This document shows, in pieces, positions 33,712 to 35,634 of a stretch of 35,634 bases of DNA. The DNA comes from Candidatus Staskawiczbacteria bacterium (GTDB taxonomy: Bacteria; Patescibacteriota; Minisyncoccia; Minisyncoccales; Staskawiczbacteraceae), in the NCBI GenBank assembly GCA_903839895.1, contig CAIMDW010000027.1, forward strand, positions 1-35,634. The letters are read 5' to 3'. The translations under genes and the position numbers were made by a program. The notes beneath the pieces are model-generated. The model worked only from the letters and a program-made list of their open reading frames with translations. It had not been told where the DNA came from and made no database searches. Every line of letters starts with the position of its first letter. The first letter of the stretch is position 1.

Positions 33712-34547
33712 TAGTCTTTGTTTTTAAAGTTTGTGATTACAAACAAATTGTCGATTTTGACATCCAAAAACAAATTTACTTCGGCCCGCTGGAACTGCGT
33801 TTGGTCGTTTTGGCTTTTGCTTGTTATTTGCCCGATAAGCAAATCTTTCGGAAAAGATTTATCTATGGCGGAAGTCACCAAAATATCTTGCGAGTTTATT
33901 GCGCTGGCCGCCGGCACCATATCTAAAAATGCGCCCAATCCCCCTTTGCCTTTCAGCATGCCTGAAACTTCGGGAAGAGTTGCATCGGAATTTTGGACTT
34001 TTATAATTACATTGCTTGATTTGCTGGTAATCATCATTACATCGGAAAAATTTTTGTAAACTTTTATGACTTTCCCATACAAAACATTTTGCCCCGATAT
34101 TACCGGCATACCCGCCGCCACTCCGTCGGCCGAGCCTTTATTTAATGACAAAATATCGTTGTCGAGCCCCGTAACGCCTGCCATGACAAATTTATACCCT
34201 GTATTTTGGCAAGTGGCTGAAATGTCGCTTTGCGCCTGGTTTCCTTGCTGAATCGACTGCAAAGCCGCAATTTGCGACAAAAGCATTTGGTTCTTATTTT
34301 TCAAATCCTGGTTTTCCTTGGCAAAATTTCCGGCATTTAAAAAAGATCCCAAAAAATTAGACGAGGAAATTCCTGCTGCCATAAAAGTTTTCTGGATAGG
34401 ATAGGAAACTGCATAAATGTAATTTTTGACCGGTGAAACAAAAATATTCAGCAAAAAAACTAAAAACAAAAAAACAGCCGCGCCAATTAAAATTTTCGGC
34501 AGGCTATTATTTTTTTTATTAACAGAAAAATTTTTAAGCGCTGGCAT
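33711..34547 (-). CDS. mreC: Rod shape-determining protein MreC
   Basis: TM, coiled coil ENQDLK, LNKGSADGV..GMPV, GKV, LVTS, FPKDLLIG. Confidence 0.9.
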   Translation of the reverse strand: MPALKNFSVNKKNNSLPKILIGAAVFLFLVFLLNIFVSPVKNYIYAVSYPIQKTFMAAGISSSNFLGSFLNAGNFAKENQDLKNKNQMLLSQIAALQSIQQGNQAQSDISATCQNTGYKFVMAGVTGLDNDILSLNKGSADGVAAGMPVISGQNVLYGKVIKVYKNFSDVMMITSKSSNVIIKVQNSDATLPEVSGMLKGKGGLGAFLDMVPAASAINSQDILVTSAIDKSFPKDLLIGQITSKSQNDQTQFQRAEVNLFLDVKIDNLFVITNFKNKD

Positions 34548-34571
34548 ATTTGAACAAATTTCTTTACCGTC

Positions 34572-34600
34572 ATTTTACCTTGCTCAAAAAATAATTGCAA
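34572..34600 (-). promoter_or_regulatory. Sigma70 promoter of mreC-mreD-mrdA
   Basis: Minus strand TTGCAA-17 nt-TAAAAT. Confidence 0.7.
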
Positions 34601-34617
34601 CACTTTTTCTCCACCGC

Positions 34618-34648
34618 GCAAAAAAAAGCCGCCATTTAAAATGGAGGC
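34618..34648 (-). terminator. Intrinsic terminator of the 107-aa orphan
   Basis: Minus strand GCC-t-CCATT-tta-AATGG-c-GGC then T8-GC. Confidence 0.75.
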
Positions 34649-34972
34649 CTAATCGAGAAAATTTTGCGCAAAGGCTTCGGTCATTTCAATCAAGACAAAT
34701 TGTGTGCCGTGGCCGAAATCGCCCATAATTCTTGATGCTGATGCTTCAGAATGTCCTCCCAAAAGTGCCGCCGTCATTCTGGAAAAATCCCGGAGAAGTA
34801 TAATATTGTGTCTTAGATAATCCGGAACAAATTTTCCCAATGGATGACCTTGCTGGTCACGATATTCGCAATCGAGCACAGGTTCGTCGCCCTCGGGCAA
34901 TACGCTCAAAAGCTGGTCGAGACCCTGCTGAAGCCGCACCCGAAGCTGGTTGTACGACATTTTCTCAGCCAT
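34649..34972 (-). CDS. Orphan protein (107 aa)
   Basis: SD-like AGGAAAGGA at 34981-34989, promoter-like TTGTAA-16 nt-TAGTAT (35046-35019), own terminator. No recognisable family. Confidence 0.7.
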   Translation of the reverse strand: MAEKMSYNQLRVRLQQGLDQLLSVLPEGDEPVLDCEYRDQQGHPLGKFVPDYLRHNIILLRDFSRMTAALLGGHSEASASRIMGDFGHGTQFVLIEMTEAFAQNFLD

Positions 34973-35047
34973 ATTTCTTATCCTTTCCTAAAAATTTTGT
35001 AAAGTTACTACAATCAATATACTAACACAGAAATAATAATTTACAAC

Positions 35048-35076
35048 AAAAAAACGGCTCGTTAAAGCCGTTTTTT
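35048..35076 (-). terminator. rRNA operon terminator
   Basis: AAAAAAACGGCT-cgttaa-AGCCGTTTTTT, downstream of 5S on the minus strand. Confidence 0.85.
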
Positions 35077-35127
35077 CGCCTAATTGCCCTTGCGGACCTA
35101 AAAAATTTTCAGTCCATGAGTTTTCGA

Positions 35128-35160
35128 GCAAGAATTTGCCTGCGCAAAGCAAGTTTTTGC
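35128..35160. repeat. Imperfect 12-bp inverted repeat downstream of 5S
   Basis: GCAAGAATTTGC-ctgcgcaaa-GCAAGTTTTTGC, with two G.T pairs on the plus strand. Confidence 0.65.
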
Positions 35161-35182
35161 CAACAAAAAAATCATGAACACT

Positions 35183-35291
35183 GTAGGAGAACTACCTACT
35201 CTCGCGCAAAGCACTACCATCGGCCTTGGAAGATTTCACTTCTGAGTTCGAAATGGGATCAGGTGGAGCACTTCCAGTATAGTTCTCTTAC
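35183..35291 (-). rRNA. rrf: 5S rRNA, short form; ends approximate
   Basis: Minus strand CCACCTGATCCCATTTCGAACTCAGAAGTGAAA and GCCGATGGTAGT...GAGAGTAGG; helix I GAGAACTA/TAGTTCTC. Confidence 0.95.
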
Positions 35292-35400
35292 ACTATTCAC
35301 GATTTTTTTCAAAGCTTGCTTCTAAAATACCTAAAATCTATATCTATTAGTTAACTTACGAATGATGATGAATCCGATACGCTCAAATTCTGAGTATATC

Positions 35401-35634
35401 GAAGGATAAACGATTTATTAGTACTCCCGGGCTGAACACATTACTGTGCTTACACCTAGAGCCTATCAACCCCGTGATCTGCGGGGAATCTATGAGTTCT
35501 CATCTTGGAGTTAGTTTCGCGCTTATATGCTTTCAGCGCTTATCTATTCCCGACTTAGCTACCCAACGATGCTCCTGGCGGAACAATTGGTACACCAGAG
35601 GTCAGTTCATTCCGGTCCTCTCGTACTAGGAACA
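35401..35634 (-). rRNA. rrl: 23S rRNA, 3' end only (runs off the window); 3' boundary approximate
   Basis: Sarcin-ricin loop AGTACGAGAGGACC (plus 35614-35627), GATAAGCGCTGAAAGCATATAAG and GTTGATAGG conserved blocks. Confidence 0.97.

Noticed and set aside
35093..35103. 11-mer CGGACCTAAAA shared with the minus strand at 5738-5748
   Set aside because: Too short to separate from chance, and the flanks do not align.
35116..35325. 69-aa plus-strand ORF
   Set aside because: Antisense to the 5S rRNA.
1..35634. Prophage, IS element, integron or recoded stop codons
   Set aside because: No integrase, transposase or phage structural motifs, and no canonical attC GTTRRRY/RYYYAAC pairs at the unit ends. 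Conserved genes are intact in the standard code and TGA is used as a stop.

Overview
Chromosomal window of an AT-rich bacterium, standard genetic code. Gene content and protein style point to a Patescibacteria/CPR (Parcubacteria-like) genome; this is inference, not a database result. Most genes are housekeeping and lie on the minus strand: LtaS-family sulfatase, pseudouridine synthase, DEDDh exonuclease, EngB/YihA, tRNA-Gln, CapA-family protein, dnaX, GtrA, a tightly coupled lysS-ribL-serS-hydrolase-murF-DegT-Fem-ftsQ run, mreC-mreD-mrdA, and the 3' end of an rRNA operon (partial 23S, 5S). The plus strand carries a CDP-alcohol phosphatidyltransferase, cysS, dnaB and recR. A CAP protein, a sortase and a 1082-aa Cys-rich repeat protein form a surface module. 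Seven small accessory units are scattered between these genes: five orphan units, an AICAR-transformylase-only purH and a PurO-like IMP cyclohydrolase. They share an expression layout that the core genes lack: usually their own sigma70 promoter, a boxA-like leader motif, a clear Shine-Dalgarno sequence and an imperfect terminator hairpin. Core genes look leaderless or translationally coupled. This cassette-like layout is the best candidate for an undescribed system, but it remains a hypothesis. No CRISPR array, transposase or integrase was seen. All family calls come from motif recognition by eye.
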